Assembly: GCA_008364125.1 (NCBI GenBank)
Contig: VSKZ01000001.1
Location: 10,235 to 34,234, forward strand
Direction: 5' to 3'
Origin: Candidatus Thioglobus sp.
GTDB lineage: Bacteria > Pseudomonadota > Gammaproteobacteria > PS1 > Pseudothioglobaceae
Length of the DNA: 24,000 nt
In this document: positions 8,677 through 16,917 of the stretch, in pieces
How positions within the stretch are numbered: position 1 is the first letter of the stretch
Layout of the letters: the number at the start of each line of letters is the position of its first letter
The notes under the pieces: generated by a model
Told to the model about the DNA's origin: nothing
Databases searched by the model: none
Seen by the model: the letters and a program-made list of their open reading frames with translations, nothing else
Made by a program: the position numbers and the translations under genes

Positions 8677-8752
8677 TGGTGGGGCGTGAGCGATTTGAAC
8701 GCTCGACCAGCGGATTAAAAGTCCGATGCTCTACCAACTGAGCTAACGCCCC
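8677..8752 (-). tRNA. tRNA-Lys (anticodon UUU)
   Basis: The reverse complement is GGGGCGT TA GCTC AGTTGGTA GAGC A TCGGA CTTTTAA TCCGC TGGTC GAGCG TTCAAAT CGCTC ACGCCCC A CCA. This gives a 7-bp acceptor stem, a D arm, a T arm with TTCAAAT, anticodon loop CU-UUU-AA and an encoded CCA. Position 27-43 is a U-C mismatch. Confidence 0.9.
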
Positions 8753-8796
8753 CGATAAAAAAATGAAATTATACAGTAATGAAAATCACAATTTTT

Positions 8797-9072
8797 TTAA
8801 TTATTTACAACTTCTTTAAGCTCTTTGCCTGGCTTAAAAAATGGCATAAATTTTGCATCAACTTGAGTTTTTTCGCCAGTTTTTGGGTTGACTCCAAGGC
8901 GTGCGGCTTTATGCTTTATGCCAAAGCTACCAAAGCCTCTCACTTCAACGCCTGTGCCGCTAACAATAGCATCAGTAAGAGTTGTCAAAATAGTGTCAAC
9001 GCAAGTTTTTATCTCTGCTTTAGATAGCGATTGTTGCTCTGCTAAATCAATAACAAGGTCAGTTTTTTTCAA
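8797..9072 (-). CDS. ihfB: Integration host factor subunit beta
   Basis: 91 aa of the HU/IHF fold (RGFGSFGIKHKAARLGVNPKTGEKTQVDAKFMPFFKPGKELK). It sits directly after rpsA (2-nt gap), matching the conserved cmk-rpsA-ihfB order. Confidence 0.85.
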   Translation of the reverse strand: MKKTDLVIDLAEQQSLSKAEIKTCVDTILTTLTDAIVSGTGVEVRGFGSFGIKHKAARLGVNPKTGEKTQVDAKFMPFFKPGKELKEVVNN

Positions 9073-9074
9073 AA

Positions 9075-10748
9075 CTATTTCTTCGCTTGTTTAAGTAAAT
9101 CTCCCAAAGTAGCACCCTCTACTTCGTCAGAAGACTGCTTATTGTAGTCTTCCATTGCTGCTTTTTCTTCGGCAGAATCTTTGGCTTTGATACTCACAGA
9201 AATATTGCGAGATTTTCTGTCAACATTTACAATTGACACTTCAATTTCATCGCCAACTTTCAAGGCAGTTGTTGCATCTTCAATTCTTTCTTCGGCAATT
9301 TCACCAGCTTTCAAGTAGCCGCTAATATCTTCTGCCAAGGTAACCACTGCCCCTTTAGGGGTAACTTCAGCAACAGTTGCTTTGACGATTGAGCCTTTTT
9401 TGTTCAAAGAAGTATAAGTCATAAAGTCGTCTTCTTCCAATTGTTTAACGCCCAAAGAAATTCGCTCTTTTTCGGCATCAACATTGAGGATGATTACTTC
9501 AAGTTCTTGGCCTTTGCTATAATTGGAAACCAGCTCGTCTGCTGGCAGTTTTTCCCAAGAAATATCTGCCAAGTGAATCAGACCATCAATGCCGCCAGTA
9601 AGCCCGACAAACAAGCCAAAGTCAGTAATTGATTTGACTACAACGCTAATTTTGTCGCCCTTATTATGAGTGGCTTCAAATGCTTCCCAAGGGTTCTCTT
9701 GCGCCTGTTTCATTGATAATGAAATACGGTGTTTGGACTCCTGAACATCCAAAACAACCACATCTACTTCTTGCCCCAATTTGACAATTTTGGAAGGGCG
9801 GGCGTTGGCGTTTGTCCAATCCATTTCGGAAACATGCACCAAGCCTTCAACGCCTGTTTCAATGCGCACAAATACTCCATAATCGGTGAGATTTGAAACC
9901 GTGCCTGCAACTTTTTTGCCAAGTGGCAAACGCTCAGAAATATTTTCCCAAGGGCTTTTTGTTAGTTGTTTAAGCCCTAATGAAACGCGCATTTTTTCTT
10001 TGTCGTAGTTGAGAATTTTGACTGTTATTTTGTCGCCAATTGTCAATTGTTCGGATGGGTGATTGACGCGTTGCCATGAAATATCGGTGATATGAAGCAA
10101 ACCATCAACACCTCCAAGGTCAACAAATGCGCCATAATCTGCAAGGTTTTTAACGATGCCTTCAATTTCTTGACCGTCTTCAAGCCCTTCAAGCAACGCC
10201 TCTCTATCTGCGGAATTTGCCTCTTGCATAACTGCTTTTCTGGAAATAACGATGTTGTTGCGAACCTCATCCATTTTGATAACAATCGCCTCAATCTCTT
10301 GCCCAGTAAGGAATGCGAAGTCTTTAACCGGATGAGTGTCAACTAACGATCCGGGTAAAAATGCTTTAACAACGCCAATATCAACAGTCAAACCACCTTT
10401 AACCGCGCCAGTAACGATGCCTTTGACAACTTCTTTTTGATTCATTGCAAGTTCTAATGTATGCCACAGCTTGATGCGTTTGGCTTTTTCACGAGATAAT
10501 AAAGTATGCCCAAGCCCGTCATCAATGGATTCTAACGCAACTTCCACGACATCGCCTTCGACTATTTCCAGCTCGCCTTTATGGTCTTTGAATTGGTCTA
10601 AAGGAATAAATGCTTCTGATTTTAATCCTACATTGATAACGGCTTTTTCACGATTTATGGCAACCACTGTGCCCATTAATAGTGCGCCGACTTTGACGCT
10701 TTGTTGTTCTACGCTATTTTCAAATAGCTCTGCAAATGATTCTGACAT
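9075..10748 (-). CDS. rpsA: 30S ribosomal protein S1
   Basis: 557 aa with six S1/OB repeats (recurring ...G.V..I.DFGAFV.L..G.DGL.H.S...). The N-terminus MSESFAELFENS is typical. Confidence 0.97.
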   Translation of the reverse strand: MSESFAELFENSVEQQSVKVGALLMGTVVAINREKAVINVGLKSEAFIPLDQFKDHKGELEIVEGDVVEVALESIDDGLGHTLLSREKAKRIKLWHTLELAMNQKEVVKGIVTGAVKGGLTVDIGVVKAFLPGSLVDTHPVKDFAFLTGQEIEAIVIKMDEVRNNIVISRKAVMQEANSADREALLEGLEDGQEIEGIVKNLADYGAFVDLGGVDGLLHITDISWQRVNHPSEQLTIGDKITVKILNYDKEKMRVSLGLKQLTKSPWENISERLPLGKKVAGTVSNLTDYGVFVRIETGVEGLVHVSEMDWTNANARPSKIVKLGQEVDVVVLDVQESKHRISLSMKQAQENPWEAFEATHNKGDKISVVVKSITDFGLFVGLTGGIDGLIHLADISWEKLPADELVSNYSKGQELEVIILNVDAEKERISLGVKQLEEDDFMTYTSLNKKGSIVKATVAEVTPKGAVVTLAEDISGYLKAGEIAEERIEDATTALKVGDEIEVSIVNVDRKSRNISVSIKAKDSAEEKAAMEDYNKQSSDEVEGATLGDLLKQAKK

Positions 10749-10837
10749 ATTTTTATTTATTGATATTGACCGCTAAAAAATCCAACAACGGTATAAGTTG
10801 GCATTTATCGGATGTATTATTAAAAAAGTCTGACCGC

Positions 10838-11512
10838 TCAGGCTTTGGTTTTTGTTACTAATTCGCTTACTTTTTCAATCACCTCATCTATGGAAATATC
10901 AGTGGTGTCAATAGTTAAAGCATCTTCAGCAGGAATTAAAGGTGAGTTTTTACGAAATCTATCTCGCTCATCTCGCCTCTGCACATCTTCCAAGATTTGC
11001 GAAATTATACCAGCAGTGCCTTGCGCTTGCAATTGTTTTAAGCGCCTTTTTGCTCGCTCATCCGCACTTGCGGTCAAAAACACTTTGAAAGGCGCTTTAT
11101 CAAAAACCACTGTGCCCATATCACGCCCGTCTGCTACCAGCCCTGGAACTTGTGCAAAGCCTCGCTGCCGCTTTAATAATGCTGAACGCACCGAGCCGAT
11201 TGTGGCAATTTTTGATGCCATTTCGCCGACTTTTTCGGTGCGCAAGTTTTTTGATACTTCTTTGCCCGCCAAAAACACGCTGACCAACTCGCTGCCAGCC
11301 TCGGTTTTAAAAGACAAATCAAACTTAGATGCAACTTCTGCCAGCGCCGCTTCATCGGCAATATCAACGCCACTATCAAAAACTACCAAAGCAAAGGCGC
11401 GATAAATTGCCCCAGAATCAAGCAAATTCCAGCCCAATTTTTGCGCCATCAGCCGCGCCACTGTGCCTTTGCCCACGCCGCTCGGGCCGTCAATGGTCAA
11501 AATATTATTCAC
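10838..11512 (-). CDS. cmk: Cytidylate (CMP/dCMP) kinase
   Basis: 224 aa with a GTG start. It has the P-loop IDGPSGVGKGT and LDSGAIYRA. The start overlaps the upstream gene stop (GTGA). Confidence 0.93.
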   Translation of the reverse strand: MNNILTIDGPSGVGKGTVARLMAQKLGWNLLDSGAIYRAFALVVFDSGVDIADEAALAEVASKFDLSFKTEAGSELVSVFLAGKEVSKNLRTEKVGEMASKIATIGSVRSALLKRQRGFAQVPGLVADGRDMGTVVFDKAPFKVFLTASADERAKRRLKQLQAQGTAGIISQILEDVQRRDERDRFRKNSPLIPAEDALTIDTTDISIDEVIEKVSELVTKTKA

Positions 11513-11847
11513 TCTTTGACCCCTCTAAATTCCGAAACGCGAATTTTGCCATTCACCATTTTGGACTTGCGCTGATTAATTTTTTCCAACTTTTGCCAAA
11601 ACGCTTCATTCAAATCAAAATCGCCGCTAATCGCCGTCCCTATCAACAAAATCAGCAAATCTGCCGACTCCTCTGCCAAATCTTTTTTAGCCTTCCCCTT
11701 AGTCACGCAAGCCGATATTTCCCCCAACTCCTCTGCCATCAACGCCACCCGATAAGCCAAATCCTCACCACCATTATTTTTAAAATCGTGTTTATCATGA
11801 AAAGCCTGAATGTTTTTTAACATTTCTTTGTAGGAATCTTTATTCAT
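11509..11847 (-). CDS. MazG-like all-alpha nucleoside triphosphate pyrophosphohydrolase family protein
   Basis: 112 aa. The EExxE motif (MAEELGE) is followed 15 residues later by ExxD (EESAD), the metal-binding signature of the MazG/dimeric dUTPase-like fold. A strong Shine-Dalgarno sequence (AAGGAAG) precedes the ATG. Confidence 0.7.
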   Translation of the reverse strand: MNKDSYKEMLKNIQAFHDKHDFKNNGGEDLAYRVALMAEELGEISACVTKGKAKKDLAEESADLLILLIGTAISGDFDLNEAFWQKLEKINQRKSKMVNGKIRVSEFRGVKE

Positions 11848-11891
11848 TTGCTTCCTTTACTTTTTTATTATTGTATTTACTTTCTGGCATT

Positions 11892-13382
11892 TTATTTAGC
11901 CTCTGGTTTCATCTGCGGAAATAACAACACATCGCGAATTGAGGGCGAGTCGGTGAATAACATAACTAAGCGGTCTATGCCGATGCCTTCGCCGGCGGTT
12001 GGAGGCATACCATATTCTAAGGCGCGGATGTAGTCGCTGTCATAGTGCATTGCTTCGTCATCGCCGGCAGCTTTTTCTGCGGCTTGCTGCCCGAAGCGAT
12101 CGGCTTGGTCTTCGGCATCGTTGAGCTCGGAAAATCCATTAGCAATTTCATACCCGCCGATGAATAATTCAAAGCGGTCGGTGATGAATGGATTATCGTC
12201 ATTGCGCCGTGCAAGCGGAGAAACTTCGGTCGGATATTCGGTGATAAAAGTTGGCTGGATGAGTTTTTCTTCCACTGTGGCTTCAAAAATTTCAATTTGA
12301 ATCTTGCCCAAACCCCAAGAATCTTTGACTTCAATTCTGAGTTTTTTGGCAGTGGCTTTTATTTTTTCCTCGCTCAAATCATCAGCACTTAAATTTGGAT
12401 TAAATTGCAAAATTGAGTCAAACATACTGATGCGCAAAAATGGCTGAGAAAAATCCAGCTCGGCATTTTGATAATTGATTTTTGTATTGCCGCAAATATC
12501 TGCTGCTATGCTTCTTAGCAAGTTTTCGCTGAGATCCATCAGCTCAATATAAGTGGCATAAGCTTGGTAAAATTCAATCATCGTAAATTCTGGATTATGG
12601 CGGGTGGAAAGCCCTTCGTTTCTGAAATTGCGATTAATCTCAAACACCCTATCCATCCCGCCTACAACAAGGCGTTTGAGGTAAAGTTCGGGAGCAATGC
12701 GCAAAAACATTTGCATATCAAGTGCGTTATGATGAGTTTCAAATGGCTTGGCAGTAGCGCCGCCGTGGATGCTTTGTAGCATCGGGGTTTCCACTTCTAT
12801 AAAATCATTTTCATTGAAAAAATTGCGAATATAGCTGATAATCTGGCTGCGTCTTTTGAAGGTATTACGCGAATTTTCGTTCATAATTAAATCCACATAG
12901 CGCTGGCGATAGCGGATTTCTTGGTCGTTCAAACCGTGAAATTTTTCTGGCAATGGGCGTAGAGATTTGGTCAGCAATTTTAGCTCTTTGACGCGCACCG
13001 ATAACTCGCCAACTTTGGTTTTAAACAGCACTCCATTCGCGCCAATAATATCGCCAATGTCCCATTTTTTAAACTGCTCATTGTAGAAATTTTCTGCCAA
13101 TTCATCGCGAGTAATAAATAGCTGGATTTGCCCGCTTGTGTCTTGAATATGGGCAAAACTCGCCTTTCCCATCACCCTTTTTAGCATCATCCGCCCAGCG
13201 ATTGCAACTTCAATATTCTTGCCTTCAAGTTCTTCTTTGGAAAATTTCCCGAATTCTGCTAGGATATTTTTAGCAAAATTTTTGGGTTTAAAATCATTGA
13301 CAAACGGATTGCCTTTTTCTCTTAAAACTGCTAATTTTGCCCTTCTTTCGCTGATTAATTTATTGTCGTCTTGAATGTCCAT
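11892..13382 (-). CDS. lysS: Lysine--tRNA ligase (class II)
   Basis: 496 aa with an N-terminal OB anticodon-binding domain. Class II motifs are present ([34 protein letters not shown]). Confidence 0.97.
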   Translation of the reverse strand: MDIQDDNKLISERRAKLAVLREKGNPFVNDFKPKNFAKNILAEFGKFSKEELEGKNIEVAIAGRMMLKRVMGKASFAHIQDTSGQIQLFITRDELAENFYNEQFKKWDIGDIIGANGVLFKTKVGELSVRVKELKLLTKSLRPLPEKFHGLNDQEIRYRQRYVDLIMNENSRNTFKRRSQIISYIRNFFNENDFIEVETPMLQSIHGGATAKPFETHHNALDMQMFLRIAPELYLKRLVVGGMDRVFEINRNFRNEGLSTRHNPEFTMIEFYQAYATYIELMDLSENLLRSIAADICGNTKINYQNAELDFSQPFLRISMFDSILQFNPNLSADDLSEEKIKATAKKLRIEVKDSWGLGKIQIEIFEATVEEKLIQPTFITEYPTEVSPLARRNDDNPFITDRFELFIGGYEIANGFSELNDAEDQADRFGQQAAEKAAGDDEAMHYDSDYIRALEYGMPPTAGEGIGIDRLVMLFTDSPSIRDVLLFPQMKPEAK

Positions 13383-13388
13383 ATTTCC

Positions 13389-14054
13389 TTATAGTTGTGC
13401 TTGTTTTCTCTCTAAATCTTGCTGTGCCAGTATTTTTGCCTTGTTTAAGTCGCTCTGAGATTCTACATTTTTGCCCATTTTTTTGAGCAAAGTCCCACGA
13501 TTATAATAGGCTTGATAAAAATTTGCGTCTAATTCAATGGCTTTTGACAAATCTTTATAAGCCAAATCATCTTTTGCTAATTTTAAAAACGCATTGCCAC
13601 GGTTATAAACAGCAGCAATGTAATTTTCGTCTAATTTTACCGCCTCAGTGTAGGCATCAATCGCTTCTTGTGTTTTTTCTAGCCTATCATAGCAATTACC
13701 GAGATTATTAAATGCACCATAATCTTTATTATTGAGTGCTAACGCCTGCTGTAAATACTCAATAGAGCTGTCAAAATCGGATTTTTCTTGCGCCATAGCC
13801 GCCAAACAAAAATACGCCTCACTACTATTAGTATTAGCCTTTATCGCATTTAGCATACTTTCAAGCGCCAAATCATCACTGCCCTGCTGCTGATGTATAT
13901 GGCCTAAACTTAGGTGCGCATTCGCCTTCAAATTTTTATCCGCATCCTTGTGATTGAGCAAACCATTCCACGCCACAATAGCCCCCGACAGATCGCCTGT
14001 TTTTTGACAATCATAAGCCTGAACCATTAAATTACTCAGCTGTTTGCTGCTCAT
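13389..14054 (-). CDS. Tetratricopeptide-repeat protein (no signal peptide or TM segment)
   Basis: 221 aa with repeated TPR-like 34-residue units (A..NLGNCY..L.....A...Y..A..LD.N...AYYNRG). The ATG overlaps the ccmH stop (ATGA). Confidence 0.7.
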   Translation of the reverse strand: MSSKQLSNLMVQAYDCQKTGDLSGAIVAWNGLLNHKDADKNLKANAHLSLGHIHQQQGSDDLALESMLNAIKANTNSSEAYFCLAAMAQEKSDFDSSIEYLQQALALNNKDYGAFNNLGNCYDRLEKTQEAIDAYTEAVKLDENYIAAVYNRGNAFLKLAKDDLAYKDLSKAIELDANFYQAYYNRGTLLKKMGKNVESQSDLNKAKILAQQDLERKQAQL

Positions 14055-14509
14055 TTGAGCAAATCCTTAGCTTTGATAGTGTCTATTTCAGGTGAATTTT
14101 GCTGATGATGAAATGAGCGGATGAACAAAAACAAGGCGATTGCTAAAAATCCAAATGGTAAAAACCACAAAAGATAGGTATTTTTATTGACTGGCGGCTT
14201 AAACACCACATAATTACCATAACGAGCCACCATAAATTCGCGAATATTGTCGTTATTTTTGCCGCTCAAAATCAGCTCTTTAACCTTGTCTCTCAAATCA
14301 TTTGCCAATTCTGCATTTGAGCCGCCGATGCTTTGCCCTTGACACACAGGGCAGCGAATTTCGTCAATCAAATCCTGATAGCGCCGCTCTTGTTTGGCAC
14401 TTGCAAAACTACTAACCTCAATACTTTGGGCAAAAGTAGTGCTAATAAGTGTTAATAACAATAAAAATTGAATAAAATAGCGCACAATGTTCGCAAAATC
14501 TGTTTTCAT
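14051..14509 (-). CDS. ccmH: Cytochrome c-type biogenesis protein CcmH/NrfF family
   Basis: 152 aa. It has an N-terminal signal/anchor, the signature IRCPVCQGQSIGGSNAELANDLR (the LRCxxCQ motif) and a C-terminal TM helix. Confidence 0.8.
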   Translation of the reverse strand: MKTDFANIVRYFIQFLLLLTLISTTFAQSIEVSSFASAKQERRYQDLIDEIRCPVCQGQSIGGSNAELANDLRDKVKELILSGKNNDNIREFMVARYGNYVVFKPPVNKNTYLLWFLPFGFLAIALFLFIRSFHHQQNSPEIDTIKAKDLLK

Positions 14510-14530
14510 AAAAATAAATAATTTTAACCT

Positions 14531-16387
14531 ATGCCGCTAATTACGCTTGATAATATTTCTCTTAATTTTTCTGAGAAACTAATCCTAAATGAGATTAGTG
14601 CCACTATTTTAAAGGGCGATAAAATTGCGCTAATCGGGCGTAATGGCGAAGGTAAATCAACTTTTATGCGCCTGTTAGCTGGAGTAATTGAGCCAGATGA
14701 TGGCGAGATTAAAACCAAAAATAACACCAAAATTAGCTACCTTGAACAAGCTCCGCCAGAAGATAAAGGCAAGTGTTTGTTTGATATTGTGGCGCAGGGT
14801 TTGGGCAATATTGGCGCTATTTTAAGCAAATATCGACAATTGCTGGCAGAGCAAAAAGAAGAGGCAACAGCAAAGTTGCAAGAGGAAATTGACCATTTAG
14901 ACGGCTGGCAATATTTTCACAAAATTGAAAGCATTCTAAATCGCTTTAACCTTGATCCAGAAGCGACTTTGTCCACTTTATCTGGTGGCTGGCGAAGGCG
15001 AGTGATGCTGGCGAGGGCGCTGGTGCGTGAGCCAAATATCCTACTGCTGGACGAGCCGACCAACCATATGGACATCAGCGCTATTCTTGATTTAGAAAAA
15101 ATGCTCAAAGACTATAACGCAACTTTGGTGCTGATTAGCCACGACCGAGCCTTTATTGCCGGCATTGTTAACAAAGTTTTTGACCTTGACCGTGGCAATT
15201 TATCAGTGTTTGAATGCGGCTATAACGACTATATAAAACGCAAAGACAGCCTGCTAAATTCAGAAAACTTGGCAAATCAAAGGTTTGACAAAAAACTCGC
15301 CCAAGAAGAAACTTGGATTCGTCAAGGCATAAAAGCCAGAAGAACCCGCAACGAAGGGCGAGTTCGCGCCTTGCAAGAAATGCGTAAAAACTTTATAAGT
15401 CGCCGGCAAAAGCAAGGAAAAATCAAAATTCATTCAGTGGCAGAAGACGAAAAACGCGCCTCTAAATTGGTGTTTGAAGTCAAAAAAATATCCTATTCAA
15501 TTGCCGATTTACAGCTGGTTTCAGATTTTTCTATGCTGGTATTAAAAGGCGAAAAAATCGGCATTATTGGCGGCAATGGCTCTGGAAAATCCACTTTCAT
15601 CAAATTATTACTTGGCGAATTGCAGGAAGATAGCGGCAGCATTCGCCGTTCAAAAACCATCAAATTGGCATATTTTGACCAAATGCGTGAGCTGTTAGAT
15701 GGCAATATGAAGGCGATGGATTTTGTCTCCGGCGGCAGTGACCATATCAATATCGGCGGTAAAAGTAAGCATATAATCGGCTATTTGCGCCAGTTTTTAT
15801 TCACTGGAAAGCAGGCAATGGCACCGATTAAAATGTTTTCTGGCGGCGAGAAAAATCGCCTGATGTTGGCAAAAATACTCTCTCAGCCCGCCAATTTATT
15901 AGTGCTTGACGAGCCGACTAATGACCTTGATGTGGAGACTTTGGAATTGCTCGAAGAAATGCTGGTGGAATATAGTGGAACGCTGATTTTGATTTCGCAT
16001 GATAGAACCTTTTTAAACAATGTAGTTGGCTCAACTATTGTGATGGATGGAGACGGGGTAATCAACCAATATGCTGGCGGTTATGATGATTATTTACTGC
16101 AAAAACAAAGCGTTTTAGATGACAAAACCAGCAGCAAAAATAAGACAAAAACCGAGCAAAAATCAAGCAAAAAATCAAGCAAAAAACTCACTTATAAGCA
16201 GCAACAAGAGTTGACGATTTTGCCGCAAAAAATAGAAAAAACCGAGCTTGAAATAGGTGAAATACAAGCAAAATTATCCGACACAAAATTTTTCAAATTG
16301 CCAGAAGCACAAGACGCATTAACCCGCCTCGCCAGATTGGAAGCGGATTTGCAGCGCTATTATGAAAAATGGAGTGAGTTAGAATGA
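14531..16387 (+). CDS. uup: ABC-F family ATPase Uup
   Basis: 618 aa with two ABC cassettes (GRNGEGKST, LSGGW..R, LLLDEPTNHMD; GGNGSGKST, FSGGEKNR, LVLDEPTNDLD). The inter-domain linker LAQEETWIRQGIKARRTRNEGRVRAL and the C-terminal Lys-rich coiled coil closely resemble E. coli Uup as I recall it. Confidence 0.88.
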   Translation: MPLITLDNISLNFSEKLILNEISATILKGDKIALIGRNGEGKSTFMRLLAGVIEPDDGEIKTKNNTKISYLEQAPPEDKGKCLFDIVAQGLGNIGAILSKYRQLLAEQKEEATAKLQEEIDHLDGWQYFHKIESILNRFNLDPEATLSTLSGGWRRRVMLARALVREPNILLLDEPTNHMDISAILDLEKMLKDYNATLVLISHDRAFIAGIVNKVFDLDRGNLSVFECGYNDYIKRKDSLLNSENLANQRFDKKLAQEETWIRQGIKARRTRNEGRVRALQEMRKNFISRRQKQGKIKIHSVAEDEKRASKLVFEVKKISYSIADLQLVSDFSMLVLKGEKIGIIGGNGSGKSTFIKLLLGELQEDSGSIRRSKTIKLAYFDQMRELLDGNMKAMDFVSGGSDHINIGGKSKHIIGYLRQFLFTGKQAMAPIKMFSGGEKNRLMLAKILSQPANLLVLDEPTNDLDVETLELLEEMLVEYSGTLILISHDRTFLNNVVGSTIVMDGDGVINQYAGGYDDYLLQKQSVLDDKTSSKNKTKTEQKSSKKSSKKLTYKQQQELTILPQKIEKTELEIGEIQAKLSDTKFFKLPEAQDALTRLARLEADLQRYYEKWSELE

Positions 16388-16917
16388 CCACGCTTATCGT
16401 TGATTTGGATCACACGCTGATTGACACCGATTTATTGTATGAATCCTCTATTGGCGCGCTTAAATCCAAGCCTTGGTTATTATTTATGTTGCCTTTTTGG
16501 TTTGGGCGCGGCAAGGGCTATCTCAAACACAAATTAGTGCAACATTTTCAAATTGATGCTGCCAAATTGCCTTACAATAAAACCACTATCAATTATATCA
16601 AAACCCGCAAAAAACAAGGCGATAAAGCCATTCTTGCAACCGCCTCACACGAATTTTACGCACTGGCAGTGGAAAAACATCTTGCACTTTTTGACGATGT
16701 AATGGCAAGTAACAAAGATTTCAACCTCTCTGGGGGTAACAAAGCTGGCAAATTAGTAGAGCGTTTTGGCGTCAAAGGCTTTGATTATATCGGCGACCAC
16801 AAACGCGATATTCCAGTATGGGAAGCGGCAAACTTGGCAATTTTGGTAAATGCATCCAAATCATTAATTAAAAAAACCCAGCATTTTAATCGGCTTATTT
16901 TGTCTAAAAAGAATTAG
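16384..16917 (+). CDS. HAD-superfamily hydrolase-like protein
   Basis: 177 aa with HAD motif I (VDLDHTLID), motif II (LATAS), motif III Lys (GGNKAGK) and motif IV (GDHKRD). The ATG overlaps the uup stop (ATGA). Confidence 0.65.
   Translation: MTTLIVDLDHTLIDTDLLYESSIGALKSKPWLLFMLPFWFGRGKGYLKHKLVQHFQIDAAKLPYNKTTINYIKTRKKQGDKAILATASHEFYALAVEKHLALFDDVMASNKDFNLSGGNKAGKLVERFGVKGFDYIGDHKRDIPVWEAANLAILVNASKSLIKKTQHFNRLILSKKN

Noticed and set aside
10845-11820. Two long plus-strand ORFs (186 aa at 10845-11405 and 163 aa at 11329-11820) lie opposite cmk and the MazG-like gene.
   Set aside because: Both are antisense to genes with clear family signatures. Their translations are low-complexity (Ser/Ala/Pro/Gln-rich) with no recognisable motifs. 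They look like typical shadow ORFs.
2107-13382. An apparent lysine theme: lysC, tRNA-Lys(UUU) and lysS all fall within about 11 kb.
   Set aside because: The three genes lie in separate transcription contexts, are separated by many unrelated genes, and share no visible regulatory element. This is most likely coincidence.
16161-16184. A 12-nt tandem duplication (AATCAAGCAAAA x2) inside the 3' part of uup.
   Set aside because: It is in-frame and encodes the Lys/Ser-rich linker (KSSKKSSKK) before the Uup coiled coil. This is ordinary low-complexity coding sequence, not a repeat element.
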